IMG/VR virus record: IMGVR_UViG_3300045120_000351
Location: 1-57,336 of that record
Source: a virus
Taxonomy: Duplodnaviria; Caudoviricetes
Length of the DNA stretch: 57,336 nucleotides
Direction: 5' to 3' (one strand)
Shown here: in pieces, positions 1 to 8,513 of the stretch
Layout: each line of letters opens with the position of its first letter
Position numbering within the stretch: the first letter of the stretch is position 1
Position numbers and translations under genes: made by a program
Notes under the pieces: generated by a model
What the model saw: the letters and a program-made list of their open reading frames with translations, nothing else
Database searches by the model: none
What the model was told of the DNA's origin: nothing

Positions 1-85
1 AAGCAGAAGCGCCGCGCGCGGATGCGATGCTCCGGCGGCAAGGCCCGTTCAAACCGATGCTCCACGTCGGGATGCGCCAGAGCGA

Positions 86-937
86 TCAACGCCTGCATGT
101 GCCATCCTCCAAATGATCTGCCAGCTTCACCATCCCGGCCCGCACGAGCTCGCCGGCTGACGCTGGGCGGATCCCACGGAAGGCCGAATAGCCGCTGACC
201 GTGCCGCCCAAGCACAGCCATAGCACCGCCTCCCAATAGTCGCCGAGCGCCGCCTCCGCCTCCCGCGCCACGCCGCAGGCCTCCAGGTTGGTCGCTGAGA
301 TCGGCTTGCGCAGGAAGGGCGCGGTGTGCACGCCATTGCCACCGCTCTGCCCGAGGCTCGGCGTCATGGTCTCGAGCGATGTGCGCAGCACCTCCGCCGC
401 CTCGTACTCCCGCGACGTGATCGAGCCGGTGCGCTGCAGGACCAACAGCGGGTCCGTGCGCACCGCGCGCCGCACCACCCGCTGGGGCGCCGTCGGATCG
501 CGCACCGTGGCAACGCTTACGTCAGCCTCGCGCAGCACCATGCCGCCGAGCCCGAGCACTGCCTCGAGCCGGATGGTGGGCCCGACGTCCACCCCGTAGT
601 GGGGCACCCGTTTGGGCCGCCGCCGATCGGCCCGCCGACTTGCGGCTATCAGGGCGGCGATCTCGGCCGGCGACCGCGTAGGAGGCGCCGGAGGGGGTCT
701 ACGCGGCGCGGAGGCATCCGCCGGCCAATTCCGCGTCTCAACCGCTACGGCCGCCTCAGCCCCTGTCAGGCGCCGGAGGACGAGGCGATATCGCGGCGAC
801 TGGATCTCGCCGGCGCGCCGCAGGGTCACGACCTCGAGCACCTGGTAGACCGTCTTGCCGGTTGGCGAGCGCACGCACATCCCCTTGGCGAGCCCCTCGG
901 CCGCCCGCGCTCGCAGTGTGATGATGCGCTCGGTCAT
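86..937 (-). CDS. DUF6456-like protein, putative late transcription regulator (Q-like position)
   Basis: Start at MTERIITL overlaps upstream stop; C-terminal TDPLLVLQRTGSITSREYEAAEVLR...VLWLCLGG...AGMVKLADH pattern; last gene of early operon. Confidence 0.6.
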   Translation of the reverse strand: MTERIITLRARAAEGLAKGMCVRSPTGKTVYQVLEVVTLRRAGEIQSPRYRLVLRRLTGAEAAVAVETRNWPADASAPRRPPPAPPTRSPAEIAALIAASRRADRRRPKRVPHYGVDVGPTIRLEAVLGLGGMVLREADVSVATVRDPTAPQRVVRRAVRTDPLLVLQRTGSITSREYEAAEVLRTSLETMTPSLGQSGGNGVHTAPFLRKPISATNLEACGVAREAEAALGDYWEAVLWLCLGGTVSGYSAFRGIRPASAGELVRAGMVKLADHLEDGTCRR

Positions 938-1092
938 TTTTCGCGAATGGCTCCGTCGTTGCGCGCCACCATGATCCAGTCCTCGACCTCGTCCTGGAGG
1001 TTCTGCGCCAGCTGCATGGTCATTTCCTTGGTCACGCCGGTGAAGTCCGCGAGGAAATACTCGGCGAGCTCGTAGCTCTTCGGGTCGACCAT
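934..1092 (-). CDS. small hypothetical protein (52 aa, MVDPKSYELAEYFL...)
   Basis: Translated by hand; start and stop overlap both neighbours. Confidence 0.6.
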   Translation of the reverse strand: MVDPKSYELAEYFLADFTGVTKEMTMQLAQNLQDEVEDWIMVARNDGAIREK

Positions 1093-1307
1093 CAGTTGCT
1101 CCTCCCCGGCAAGCTGGCGTGGAAGGCAACAATTTCATCGCGCAACTTGGTCGCCGGGACATGCTGCAGCAGCGACAGCGCGCTGCCGGCGCCGGCGAAG
1201 AAGAGATTGCGCAGCCCCGGTGCGGCCGCCGCGCCGACGCCGTGCTTCTCGAGCACCTCCTCGAAGTAGCTCTGCCATTCCTCCTCGAGCGACGCGTGGA
1301 CTCTCAT
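1092..1307 (-). CDS. hypothetical protein (MRVHASLEEEWQSY...FFAGA)
   Basis: ATGA coupling; resembles 56633..56944 in the F/Y-x-AGA helix. Confidence 0.65.
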   Translation of the reverse strand: MRVHASLEEEWQSYFEEVLEKHGVGAAAAPGLRNLFFAGAGSALSLLQHVPATKLRDEIVAFHASLPGRSN

Positions 1308-1867
1308 GGCGGGTCTCCGAATTTGACGAGCTCCATGACGTGCCGGTTGGGCACCAGGGCGATCACGTCGTGGTTGATCCGCCAGGCATAACCGCCCGCC
1401 CCCGCGACCTCGATGACCTGCTCGATCGAGGGACACGCGGGATACGGCGTGCCAGGCAGGAAGCAATGGGCGTCGTCGACCAGGATGAAATGCTGGTGCG
1501 GCGACGCCGCGATTGCCTGCAGTTCCTCGAGCGCTGGCCAGTCGTCCTGCACGCCAAACAGCCCCGGTGTCGCGTGCGCATCGAGCCAGCACAGCGCCGG
1601 CCCATCGAGCGAGGCCAGGATCCGTGGCAGCGCGAGGCGCGTGTCGGCTGTGAGGAACTCGACGTTGCTGTGCTCGGCACAGGATGCCAGCGCATCGTCC
1701 TGGAACTCGAGGCTGCAGTCGACCGTCACGACCCTGCGGAAGCGCTCTGCAGCCCACAGCGTGCTTTCGCCCTGGAAGGTTCCCGTCTCGATCAGCGTGT
1801 CGAGGTCGAACCTGCGCTGGAGGTGCGTGACCCACGCATCGATCGGCGGATAGCGGAGCGTGGTCAC
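1304..1867 (-). CDS. class I SAM-dependent methyltransferase-like protein
   Basis: IETGTFQGES motif I, VVTVD, CWLDAH and ILVDDA motifs. Confidence 0.75.
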   Translation of the reverse strand: MTTLRYPPIDAWVTHLQRRFDLDTLIETGTFQGESTLWAAERFRRVVTVDCSLEFQDDALASCAEHSNVEFLTADTRLALPRILASLDGPALCWLDAHATPGLFGVQDDWPALEELQAIAASPHQHFILVDDAHCFLPGTPYPACPSIEQVIEVAGAGGYAWRINHDVIALVPNRHVMELVKFGDPP

Positions 1868-2013
1868 TGCCGCCGCTCCATCGATGCCTGCTTCTGCGCC
1901 TCATACGCGGCCTTGCGTTCGGCGCGGGACGTCGCGTGATCCAAGCCCCAGCGCTGCCACCACGCCTGGATCTCCTCCGGCGTCATTGCCGACGGCTTCT
2001 CGTCCTCGTCCAT
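1864..2013 (-). CDS. small hypothetical protein (49 aa, MDEDEKPSAMTPEEIQAWW...)
   Basis: Translated by hand; coupled to neighbours. Confidence 0.5.
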   Translation of the reverse strand: MDEDEKPSAMTPEEIQAWWQRWGLDHATSRAERKAAYEAQKQASMERRQ

Positions 2014-2186
2014 CACCAGTTCCTCCAGCCATCGATCTCGCCCGCCAGCTGCATCGCGTCCCCGCGCAATTCGTCGAGCACACGCGTCACCTCGGCTCGC
2101 TGTTCGTAGTTAAACCGATGCCCAACGATGTGCTCCACCAGGTCCACCGCCCGATCGACGATGATGATGCGCTGATCGTCGCTCAC
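2013..2186 (-). CDS. small hypothetical protein (57 aa, GTG start)
   Basis: Translated by hand; fills the gap with overlapping start/stop. Confidence 0.5.
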   Translation of the reverse strand: MSDDQRIIIVDRAVDLVEHIVGHRFNYEQRAEVTRVLDELRGDAMQLAGEIDGWRNW

Positions 2187-2854
2187 GGCACGAACGCCTC
2201 GGCGCGCTTGTGGCCATTGGGCAGCGGGTTGATCTGGTCCAGCTGCTCGGGCGAGGCATACCGGGGCTGTGCTTGCCTCGGCCCACCATAGCCCAGCGCC
2301 TCAAGCTGCTCCTCGCGGGTCATCGCTCCGCCATCCAGCACGCGTTGACGCTCCACCGCGTAGCGCCGGCGATCGTCGTCGTCGTCGATATCGAGCGCCT
2401 CGATGATGTGCGGCGGCAGATAGCCGACGTGCTGCGGTGCCCAGGCGCGCACGAGCTTGCCGAGGAGCAGCAACAGATCGGTTGCACGATCAGCGCGTGG
2501 GCTCTCTTGGCACAGCTTGATCCGTCGCAGGATGCCCGCAGGGTCATCCCAGTCGCGGCGCAGGGCCTCCTGACGATCCTCCCATGCGGCACGGTCACGC
2601 TCGGTTTGCGTCGGTGGTGGCGGCGGAGGCGGCAACGTCGATGCCGAGTACTGCTCGAGCCCCGTGCGCAGTTCCTTCAGCGACGGCGATCGTTTCAGAC
2701 GCGTCGCGAGGTATGTGATCGCTTGATCAGTGAACAGTTCGTCGCTGATGTCTCCGAGCAGCGGAAGCATTTCGCGGAGGAGGGCTGATCCCGTTGCTGC
2801 GCTGCGCGGACGGATCGCGTGTGCCAAGCGATCCATGAACTGCTCTCGCATCAT
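2183..2854 (-). CDS. hypothetical protein, possible replication accessory or helicase loader
   Basis: Directly downstream of DUF1376 initiator; AAAGGAG RBS. Confidence 0.6.
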   Translation of the reverse strand: MMREQFMDRLAHAIRPRSAATGSALLREMLPLLGDISDELFTDQAITYLATRLKRSPSLKELRTGLEQYSASTLPPPPPPPTQTERDRAAWEDRQEALRRDWDDPAGILRRIKLCQESPRADRATDLLLLLGKLVRAWAPQHVGYLPPHIIEALDIDDDDDRRRYAVERQRVLDGGAMTREEQLEALGYGGPRQAQPRYASPEQLDQINPLPNGHKRAEAFVP

Positions 2855-3401
2855 GGGGGGCTCCTTTCAGATCGGATAAATCCGAGACAAGTCCCCCCCT
2901 CCCTTCGAGGGGGGGATTTAGGGGGGAATCTTTGGGGGTTGTAAGGGGGCCTGCCCCCTTAGCCTTACCTGGTTCTGGTTCTGGTTCTGGTTCTGGCACG
3001 CGCGCGCGGCCGCGCGGGGGAGCAAGCAAACCGGAAGCATTTGCTTGGGAAATGTCAGCAATTGCTTTCTCGCGCTTCCGGTAAGCCCCTGATTTTCCTG
3101 CATTACTCCTGGCCGACGAAACATCACGGCGATGCTGTATTTCAGCGTCGACGCGACGGTGTCGGCGAACCCCTCCGTCGACGTAAAAAAACGACATCGC
3201 GGCGGCGGAGGAACGGCGCCATTGCATCACCGACAGCTTGGCAATTCTGGCGAGCTTACCCTCGTCATTTGGGAGGCACCCATGCTTGAAACAGTGCATG
3301 ATCAACAGGATGTAAATCCCATGCTCAAACGTGGTCAGGTCCATCGTGTCGGCCAAATAATCACCGACATTCCAGCGCATCCAATGATCGTATTCGGCCA
3401 T
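2727..3401 (-). CDS. DUF1376/YdaU-family replication initiator
   Basis: WMRWNVGDYLADTMDLTTFEHGIYILLIM...LPNDEGKLARIA; PEPEPEP linker and PLNPP motif. Confidence 0.8.
   Translation of the reverse strand: MAEYDHWMRWNVGDYLADTMDLTTFEHGIYILLIMHCFKHGCLPNDEGKLARIAKLSVMQWRRSSAAAMSFFYVDGGVRRHRRVDAEIQHRRDVSSARSNAGKSGAYRKREKAIADISQANASGLLAPPRGRARVPEPEPEPEPGKAKGAGPLTTPKDSPLNPPLEGRGGLVSDLSDLKGAPHDARAVHGSLGTRDPSAQRSNGISPPPRNASAARRHQRRTVH
2891..2996 (+). repeat. G-tract cluster plus (GGTTCT)4 repeat, candidate origin region
   Basis: G7-G6-G5-G5 tracts at 2909-2949, C-tract hairpin 2893-2915, hexamer repeat 2971-2996, all inside the initiator gene. Confidence 0.5.
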
Positions 3402-3403
3402 AA

Positions 3404-3901
3404 TCAGACAACACCTTGCCAGCCGTCGGGGCGATAGTCTGTCGCGTCGGGCCCCTTTGCTGAGTTGCAGCCAAGGCAGAGTGGTTGGAGGTTATCGATG
3501 GCGTCTGATCCTTCCAGATACAGCGCGAGAATGTGGTCTTTGACCGGAGGTCCGTCGCCACACTTGACGCATCGATGCCCGCAATAATCGAGTAATCTCT
3601 CCCATTGCTCTGGGGTATGTCGCCCCTTCGCCTGCGCTTGTCGTAGGCGATCGGTGCGGACTGATGCTGGATTGGGGCGATGTCGTCCTACGTCTTCATT
3701 GAGAGCAGCCCAAACCGCTCCGCCATCGCTGCTCCATTGCCGCGCCGTGACTCCCGCAACGCGAGCCAAGCCTTCCTCGGGAAGTATTCCGTTCAGCGCG
3801 CGGAACATTAACAGGCGCACGTACATCCCGTGTTGCAGCGTGCTGAAGTGCATGGTGCTGGTAAGATAATCCTCTGGGTAGATCAGAAGGCTTCTCTTCA
3901 T
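3404..3901 (-). CDS. DUF1376-like N-terminus fused to HNH endonuclease
   Basis: YPEDYLTSTMHFSTLQHGMYVRLL then CVKCG...KDHILAL..EGSDAIDNLQPLCLGCNSAKG. Confidence 0.8.
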   Translation of the reverse strand: MKRSLLIYPEDYLTSTMHFSTLQHGMYVRLLMFRALNGILPEEGLARVAGVTARQWSSDGGAVWAALNEDVGRHRPNPASVRTDRLRQAQAKGRHTPEQWERLLDYCGHRCVKCGDGPPVKDHILALYLEGSDAIDNLQPLCLGCNSAKGPDATDYRPDGWQGVV

Positions 3902-3950
3902 GACACGCTCGCAATTAGCAGCACGACGAACGCGACGACGATCCAGAGCT

Positions 3951-4607
3951 TCATCGTCTGTCCTCCTCGGGGAACATCATCTTGAATTGCCGAGGGTCCG
4001 GCCGCGTGCGTGGGCGGCGGAGTTTCGGTGGCTGCTCCCAGACGCGCAGGTTGCGCTTGATAGCGTCCGAGGCCTCGATGATCTCCTGCGGCGGGTTGGG
4101 GAGATCGCCCAGCAACTGGAAGTCGTTGACGTCCCACACGATGCCGCCGCCCCGGAACCTCGGGTGAGGGAATGTCATCGGATCGCGCTGGGCCAGCACG
4201 TCAACCGTCTGCCAATAGAGCTTTGGCGCGATCTCCGGCGAGGAGCGTAGCGGGTGGTGTAGATGGATGAACGCCAAGTCGACCGGCACGCCGGTGCTGT
4301 TTATTCTGAGGAAGTCTTCCCACTCGGCATAGTCCATGCCGGTGCAGACAACGCCATCCTTCTGGTACACGTATGCGCCACGCTTGGCCTTTACATCGAC
4401 CAGGCGTGACTTCCGTCCCTTGACCAGGTCGAACAACTGCAGGTCTGGCATCACGAGACTGCCGCCGGGCCCAGTCGCCATCGTAGGACCGTCGCCGATC
4501 TGGGACGTATGCAGGACATACCAGCCGTGCCTGATGAACCGGACCTTGGAGTCCGTTTCGTAATAGTCACTGAGTGTGACCTCAGGCGATTGCTGGCTGT
4601 ATGGCAT
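3951..4607 (-). CDS. putative PD-(D/E)XK nuclease
   Basis: MPDLQLFD...LVDVKAK motif; coupled to the adenine MTase. Confidence 0.5.
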   Translation of the reverse strand: MPYSQQSPEVTLSDYYETDSKVRFIRHGWYVLHTSQIGDGPTMATGPGGSLVMPDLQLFDLVKGRKSRLVDVKAKRGAYVYQKDGVVCTGMDYAEWEDFLRINSTGVPVDLAFIHLHHPLRSSPEIAPKLYWQTVDVLAQRDPMTFPHPRFRGGGIVWDVNDFQLLGDLPNPPQEIIEASDAIKRNLRVWEQPPKLRRPRTRPDPRQFKMMFPEEDRR

Positions 4608-5518
4608 CACACTGGCTTCACGCACAAACCGACGCTGTTGAACACGCCGAGGAACTTCTTCCCGTGCGGGCCGAAATAGAAAAACGCCTGTCCCTGTGTG
4701 GGGAGAACCGACTTGGCGTTAGGCACCTCAAAGTGGATCCTGCCCTCCGTGAAGCAAATCAGGTCGCACACACTCGCGGCCGATCTAAACCACGCGGTGT
4801 CGGTAGAGTTGTTAGTGAGCACGATCGCCTCGGTGACATGGCACGCCGCGAGCTCGTTGATCAGCTTGTCGATAAACTTGGGCGCAAGCTCACGATGGTA
4901 TGGCGGGTTCAACCACACGCGGCCGTGCCATTCATGCTCGAGGGAGTCGTCGTCAACGGTGAAGAACTTCGTCGCCTGCACGGTCTTCTGTGCATACTCT
5001 GACGTTGCTGGATCGAGCTCGATCTCGCCGAGTACCTCGCGGGCCTTCTCGATGTATTCAGCTGGCGTGTAGCGCTCGAATTCGCCGGTGCCCTCGGTGC
5101 CCCGGATCGTGCCCATGTTTTCCTGCTCGCAGATACGGATGCACCGCTTCTGCGCGTCGTCGAGCGCAGCATCGAGCTTGTCCTGATCGACCTGCCACCT
5201 GGTCTTCTTGTCGGCGGCGATCTTCTTGCACAAGCGTTCGCGCCAACGCCGGATGGTGCTGTTGCCGGGATCAGAGCCGGGTGCCTGTTCTGCCACCCGG
5301 CCTCCCGTCTCCCTCGACGGCAATACCGGGCGCCAGATGGCATAAGCGGCTTGGTTGTGCAGCTTTGCCTTGATCGCGGCCATCATCTTGGTCGGATCTT
5401 TGGCGCGCGCCCAGAGCTTCTCCGCAGCTTCGGCGACCGCGATGGTCTTGAGAGCCTCCTCCGCTTCAGCGTGGGTCGTGATCTCGCCTGGCAGGTCGAA
5501 TAGGCCGACGTCGTTCAT
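4607..5518 (-). CDS. DNA N6-adenine methyltransferase (phage Dam-like family) with N-terminal extension
   Basis: RYTP, ELDPAT, WHGRVWLNPPY, NNSTDTAWF, GRIHF motifs. Confidence 0.88.
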   Translation of the reverse strand: MNDVGLFDLPGEITTHAEAEEALKTIAVAEAAEKLWARAKDPTKMMAAIKAKLHNQAAYAIWRPVLPSRETGGRVAEQAPGSDPGNSTIRRWRERLCKKIAADKKTRWQVDQDKLDAALDDAQKRCIRICEQENMGTIRGTEGTGEFERYTPAEYIEKAREVLGEIELDPATSEYAQKTVQATKFFTVDDDSLEHEWHGRVWLNPPYHRELAPKFIDKLINELAACHVTEAIVLTNNSTDTAWFRSAASVCDLICFTEGRIHFEVPNAKSVLPTQGQAFFYFGPHGKKFLGVFNSVGLCVKPV

Positions 5519-5805
5519 GTTGTCGCTCCTTCGGCACGCAGCGCCGCCAGGAACTTCTCCCGGTGCGCGACATCAAACTTGCTGAACGCCACCCACATAT
5601 CGTCGACGGTGATCACCTCGCCGGCGTCGAGCATGTCGCCAACCTTCACGACTGCTGCGTCGACGTATGGCTTGAAGCTGCCGCGCTTGGAGTTGGGCGT
5701 CATGTAGCGCTCGAGCGCCTCGGGCCAGTCTCTGGCGTTGTTGACCTGGCACGCCTGCTCGCCCCAGGTCCGCAGTAGAATCTCGCGTATCTTCTCCCGT
5801 CCCAT
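5515..5805 (-). CDS. hypothetical protein
   Basis: Start MGREKIRE with GGAGG RBS; coupled to neighbours. Confidence 0.6.
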   Translation of the reverse strand: MGREKIREILLRTWGEQACQVNNARDWPEALERYMTPNSKRGSFKPYVDAAVVKVGDMLDAGEVITVDDMWVAFSKFDVAHREKFLAALRAEGATT

Positions 5806-6017
5806 CACGCCGCCTCCGCCGCTCGCATGCCCGCATGGGCTGCGCATAAATTCCGATCGGAAACAGCACGCTTCAGCAGGACGCCGGCCTGGCGCACGGC
5901 GAGGCTGCCGACGATAACAACGACAGCTGGTGCACCGCACCGACAGCGCCGCGCCGTGAAGCGTGCGGCCAGGTCAGCCTGGAAGGAGTCGAGCTCGGCT
6001 TGCTGTGCTGGGCTCAT
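5805..6017 (-). CDS. small Zn-binding protein (CRCG...CxxH)
   Basis: Start MSPAQQ overlaps the VRR-NUC stop. Confidence 0.55.
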   Translation of the reverse strand: MSPAQQAELDSFQADLAARFTARRCRCGAPAVVVIVGSLAVRQAGVLLKRAVSDRNLCAAHAGMRAAEAA

Positions 6018-6445
6018 GCCATCACCTGGTGCGGCCGCATCAGCCCCCAATCCGTGCACGTCTTTTCGACCTGCCAGATTGACCAGCACACCTGGACGTC
6101 GCAGCCGGCCCCGAGCAGGCCACGGATGAACTTCTTCTGGTCCTCGCTGAGTCTTTCGCTGGCGCTGCGCTTGAGCTCTATCGCGAAGGCCTCGGCGCGG
6201 TGCCAGAAAAGGTAATCGCAAATGCCGGCCTTGCAGCCGCGCGCCTTGCGTTTCTTCGCCTCACCGAAACCGATCGGCCTGCCATTGCGGCCGAGGGTGG
6301 GATCGAGGGAGTGCGCATGATCGATCGCTGTCCACTGGACCGTCGGCAGCAGGAGCCGCTCGAGCATGGCCGTGCAGTCGATCTGCAGGTCGTGCTCGTA
6401 TCGCTCCTCTACCGTGAGGGCAAATGCCGTGTGGCGGCTGCTCAC
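6014..6445 (-). CDS. VRR-NUC domain nuclease (resolvase-like)
   Basis: GCKAGICDYLF...AIELKR...LSEDQKKF. Confidence 0.8.
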   Translation of the reverse strand: MSSRHTAFALTVEERYEHDLQIDCTAMLERLLLPTVQWTAIDHAHSLDPTLGRNGRPIGFGEAKKRKARGCKAGICDYLFWHRAEAFAIELKRSASERLSEDQKKFIRGLLGAGCDVQVCWSIWQVEKTCTDWGLMRPHQVMA

Positions 6446-6454
6446 CGCACGCGG

Positions 6455-7051
6455 CTACAGCATCGCTTCGGTACTGCCGTTGGCGCTTTTCTTCTGGCGG
6501 CCTTGCTTGCGTGCTGCACCGTCGGCAGCTTCTTTGTCGGGCTCCATCTCGGCGGCTATCTTCTTTTGGCCGTTGAGCCAGACCTTCCGGCCGCGCGTCC
6601 AGGATTTATCCCAGGCGACGAATTCCGGCGTGCCTGCGTCGAAGGGATTGTTCTCACGCGAATGACCGGCCTCGCCGGCTTCATAACCTCGGCTTCCGGC
6701 AACCCACTCGCGTTGCTCCTCCTGCGTCTTCTCGTCGACCGCAGGCGCGTTGATCTCCGAGAACATCTGAAGCTGCGTCACCAATGGTGAGTCGAGCCAT
6801 TGGGCGTAGATGCGGACGTGTTTCAGCTGGAGCTCGGCTTCGTCGATGTCGATGTCGGTCCATTTTTCGATTACTTTCAGCGCATCGAGGTCTACTCCCG
6901 CGTTCTTGGCAGCTTTCTTCGCCCTGGCGACGGCGGTACCGGTCTCCGCATGAGCCTTCCTGGCCTCCTTGATCGTCTTGTAGTGCTCCAGGAACACGGC
7001 CGGCGGCACATTATGCGATGAAGCCTCGGCGACGGTTGTGGCTCGAGCCAT
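6455..7051 (-). CDS. GapR/DUF2312-like N-terminus with RMF-like C-terminal domain
   Basis: AKNAGVDLDALK...E.ELQ...YAQWL, then GYEAGEAGHSRENNPF...AWDKSWTRG. Confidence 0.55.
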   Translation of the reverse strand: MARATTVAEASSHNVPPAVFLEHYKTIKEARKAHAETGTAVARAKKAAKNAGVDLDALKVIEKWTDIDIDEAELQLKHVRIYAQWLDSPLVTQLQMFSEINAPAVDEKTQEEQREWVAGSRGYEAGEAGHSRENNPFDAGTPEFVAWDKSWTRGRKVWLNGQKKIAAEMEPDKEAADGAARKQGRQKKSANGSTEAML

Positions 7052-7069
7052 GTTGAGTTCCCCCTGATG

Positions 7070-7312
7070 TCACGCAGCGACTTTGAGCCGGCGTGTCCGC
7101 GATTGTTTTGGCCATATGTCCGGCCGGAGTTCGTGCTTTCGGATACCCAGTTTCTCTTCGGCCAGCATGCAAACTTGCAAGGACGGTCGACGGTCGCCAC
7201 GCGACCAGGAACGAATAGTCTGCATGCTTAAGGCGAGGCGTTCGGCGAACTCCTCTCGAGTCAGCCGATAGCGTTTGAGCACGGCATCTATGTCGAGAGT
7301 ACCTTCAGACAT
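7070..7312 (-). CDS. Cro/YdaS-like HTH regulator
   Basis: TREEFAERLALSMQTIRSWSRG HTH and HELRPDIWP tail; first gene of the early operon. Confidence 0.85.
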   Translation of the reverse strand: MSEGTLDIDAVLKRYRLTREEFAERLALSMQTIRSWSRGDRRPSLQVCMLAEEKLGIRKHELRPDIWPKQSRTRRLKVAA

Positions 7313-7553
7313 TCCGCAACATGCAACCAGCTGTGATGTGCTGGCAAGCGGTTAGACTCGATCTTCATTGCACGTATGCCAATGATCGTCACAGCATGTG
7401 ACGCGGAAAGTGCGATTGCTGATATTTTATTTCAGCGAATACTCATCATAATAACGGGTTACGCATCGACTCTCGGCTAAAAGATTATTGAGTTGCGCTG
7501 CACACTGCAGAAAACTAATTGACGCCCGTCACGGCCGGTGACGTAAATGGGCG
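7313..7553. promoter_or_regulatory. divergent early promoter region with 17-bp operators
   Basis: AT-rich; CGTCACAGCATGTGACG 7387-7403, CGTCACGGCCGGTGACG 7527-7543, half-site 7322-7338; TTGACG 7519-7524 followed by CGTAAAT. Confidence 0.7.
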
Positions 7554-8513
7554 ATGGGGACATCGAGCAGCGAACTGCCGCCGCCTCGGATCACCGAGCC
7601 GGGAGTCTATGAGATGCCCGACCTGGAGTATCACTCGGACCCCGTCGCCGCCGCACCATCGCTCTCACGATCGATCGCCAAAAGGCTGGTCGAAGCCTCG
7701 CCGGCGCACGCATACGCGCAGCATCCACGCCTCGGCGGAACGCCACCAACCGGACCAGCGAGTGGCGAGGAGGAGATGGAGCTCGGCAGCGCCGCGCACG
7801 CGATGTTCCTGCAGGGGCTCGATATCGTCGAGCACATTCCATTCGACTCATACCGGACCAAAGACGCGAAGGAGATGCGCGACAACGCACGATCGCGCGG
7901 CATGATCCCGCTGAAGACCAAGGCGTACAATTCGGCGAAGAACTTATACGAGGCGCTCGAGGAATTCCGCGATAGGACAGGCTACTTCACCCAAGGCAGG
8001 CCAGAGCAGACCGTCATCTGGGACGAAGGTGACCACTGGGGCCGCTGCAGGATCGACTGGCTGCCCGACGATCCCGCCGCCCCCTTGTTGGATCTCAAAA
8101 CGACCGGCGGGCTGGCGACACTCGCCGGGTGGGGCAGGACCGCTTTCCAATTTGGTGCTGACCTCCAAGCCGCGATGTACCCGCGCGCCTGTGAGTTCGT
8201 GCGCCACGAGGCACCCAACGGGATGCTGTTCGTGGTCGCCGAGACCAGCCCGCCGTATGCGATCCGCGTGTTTGGCCTCGACGACATCGCGGTCGACGTG
8301 GGCCGGCAGAAGGCTGCGGCCGCACGCGCCATATGGATCCAGTGTCTCGCCCTCGGGCAATGGCCGAGCTATCCGCTCAATACCGAGTGGATCCTGCCGC
8401 CGCCTTGGGAAGTACGGAATTGGGAAGAGACCCGCATTGGTGGCATGGGCCGCGCCACCGAGGACACGGCCTTCATCGAAAAGATGATCCGGCTCGGATC
8501 GTGGGGCGGATGA
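7554..8513 (+). CDS. RecE/exonuclease VIII-like PD-(D/E)XK nuclease
   Basis: EYHSDP...SLSRS...LGSAAH, RCRIDWL, LDLKTT, QAAMY motifs. Confidence 0.85.
   Translation: MGTSSSELPPPRITEPGVYEMPDLEYHSDPVAAAPSLSRSIAKRLVEASPAHAYAQHPRLGGTPPTGPASGEEEMELGSAAHAMFLQGLDIVEHIPFDSYRTKDAKEMRDNARSRGMIPLKTKAYNSAKNLYEALEEFRDRTGYFTQGRPEQTVIWDEGDHWGRCRIDWLPDDPAAPLLDLKTTGGLATLAGWGRTAFQFGADLQAAMYPRACEFVRHEAPNGMLFVVAETSPPYAIRVFGLDDIAVDVGRQKAAAARAIWIQCLALGQWPSYPLNTEWILPPPWEVRNWEETRIGGMGRATEDTAFIEKMIRLGSWGG

Noticed and set aside
938-1162. N-terminal extension of ORF 86..1162
   Set aside because: Region is better explained by coupled small genes 934..1092 and 1092..1307
2035-2075. About 32/41-nt similarity to 53918-53958 (DELRxDAMQLAGEI on the minus strand)
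   Set aside because: Short and GC-rich, the second copy has an in-frame stop just upstream, and there is no flanking similarity; chance or a small relic
7387-7403. CRP/FNR site
   Set aside because: Half-sites are in the opposite order and spacing (TCACA-N3-TGTGA rather than TGTGA-N6-TCACA)
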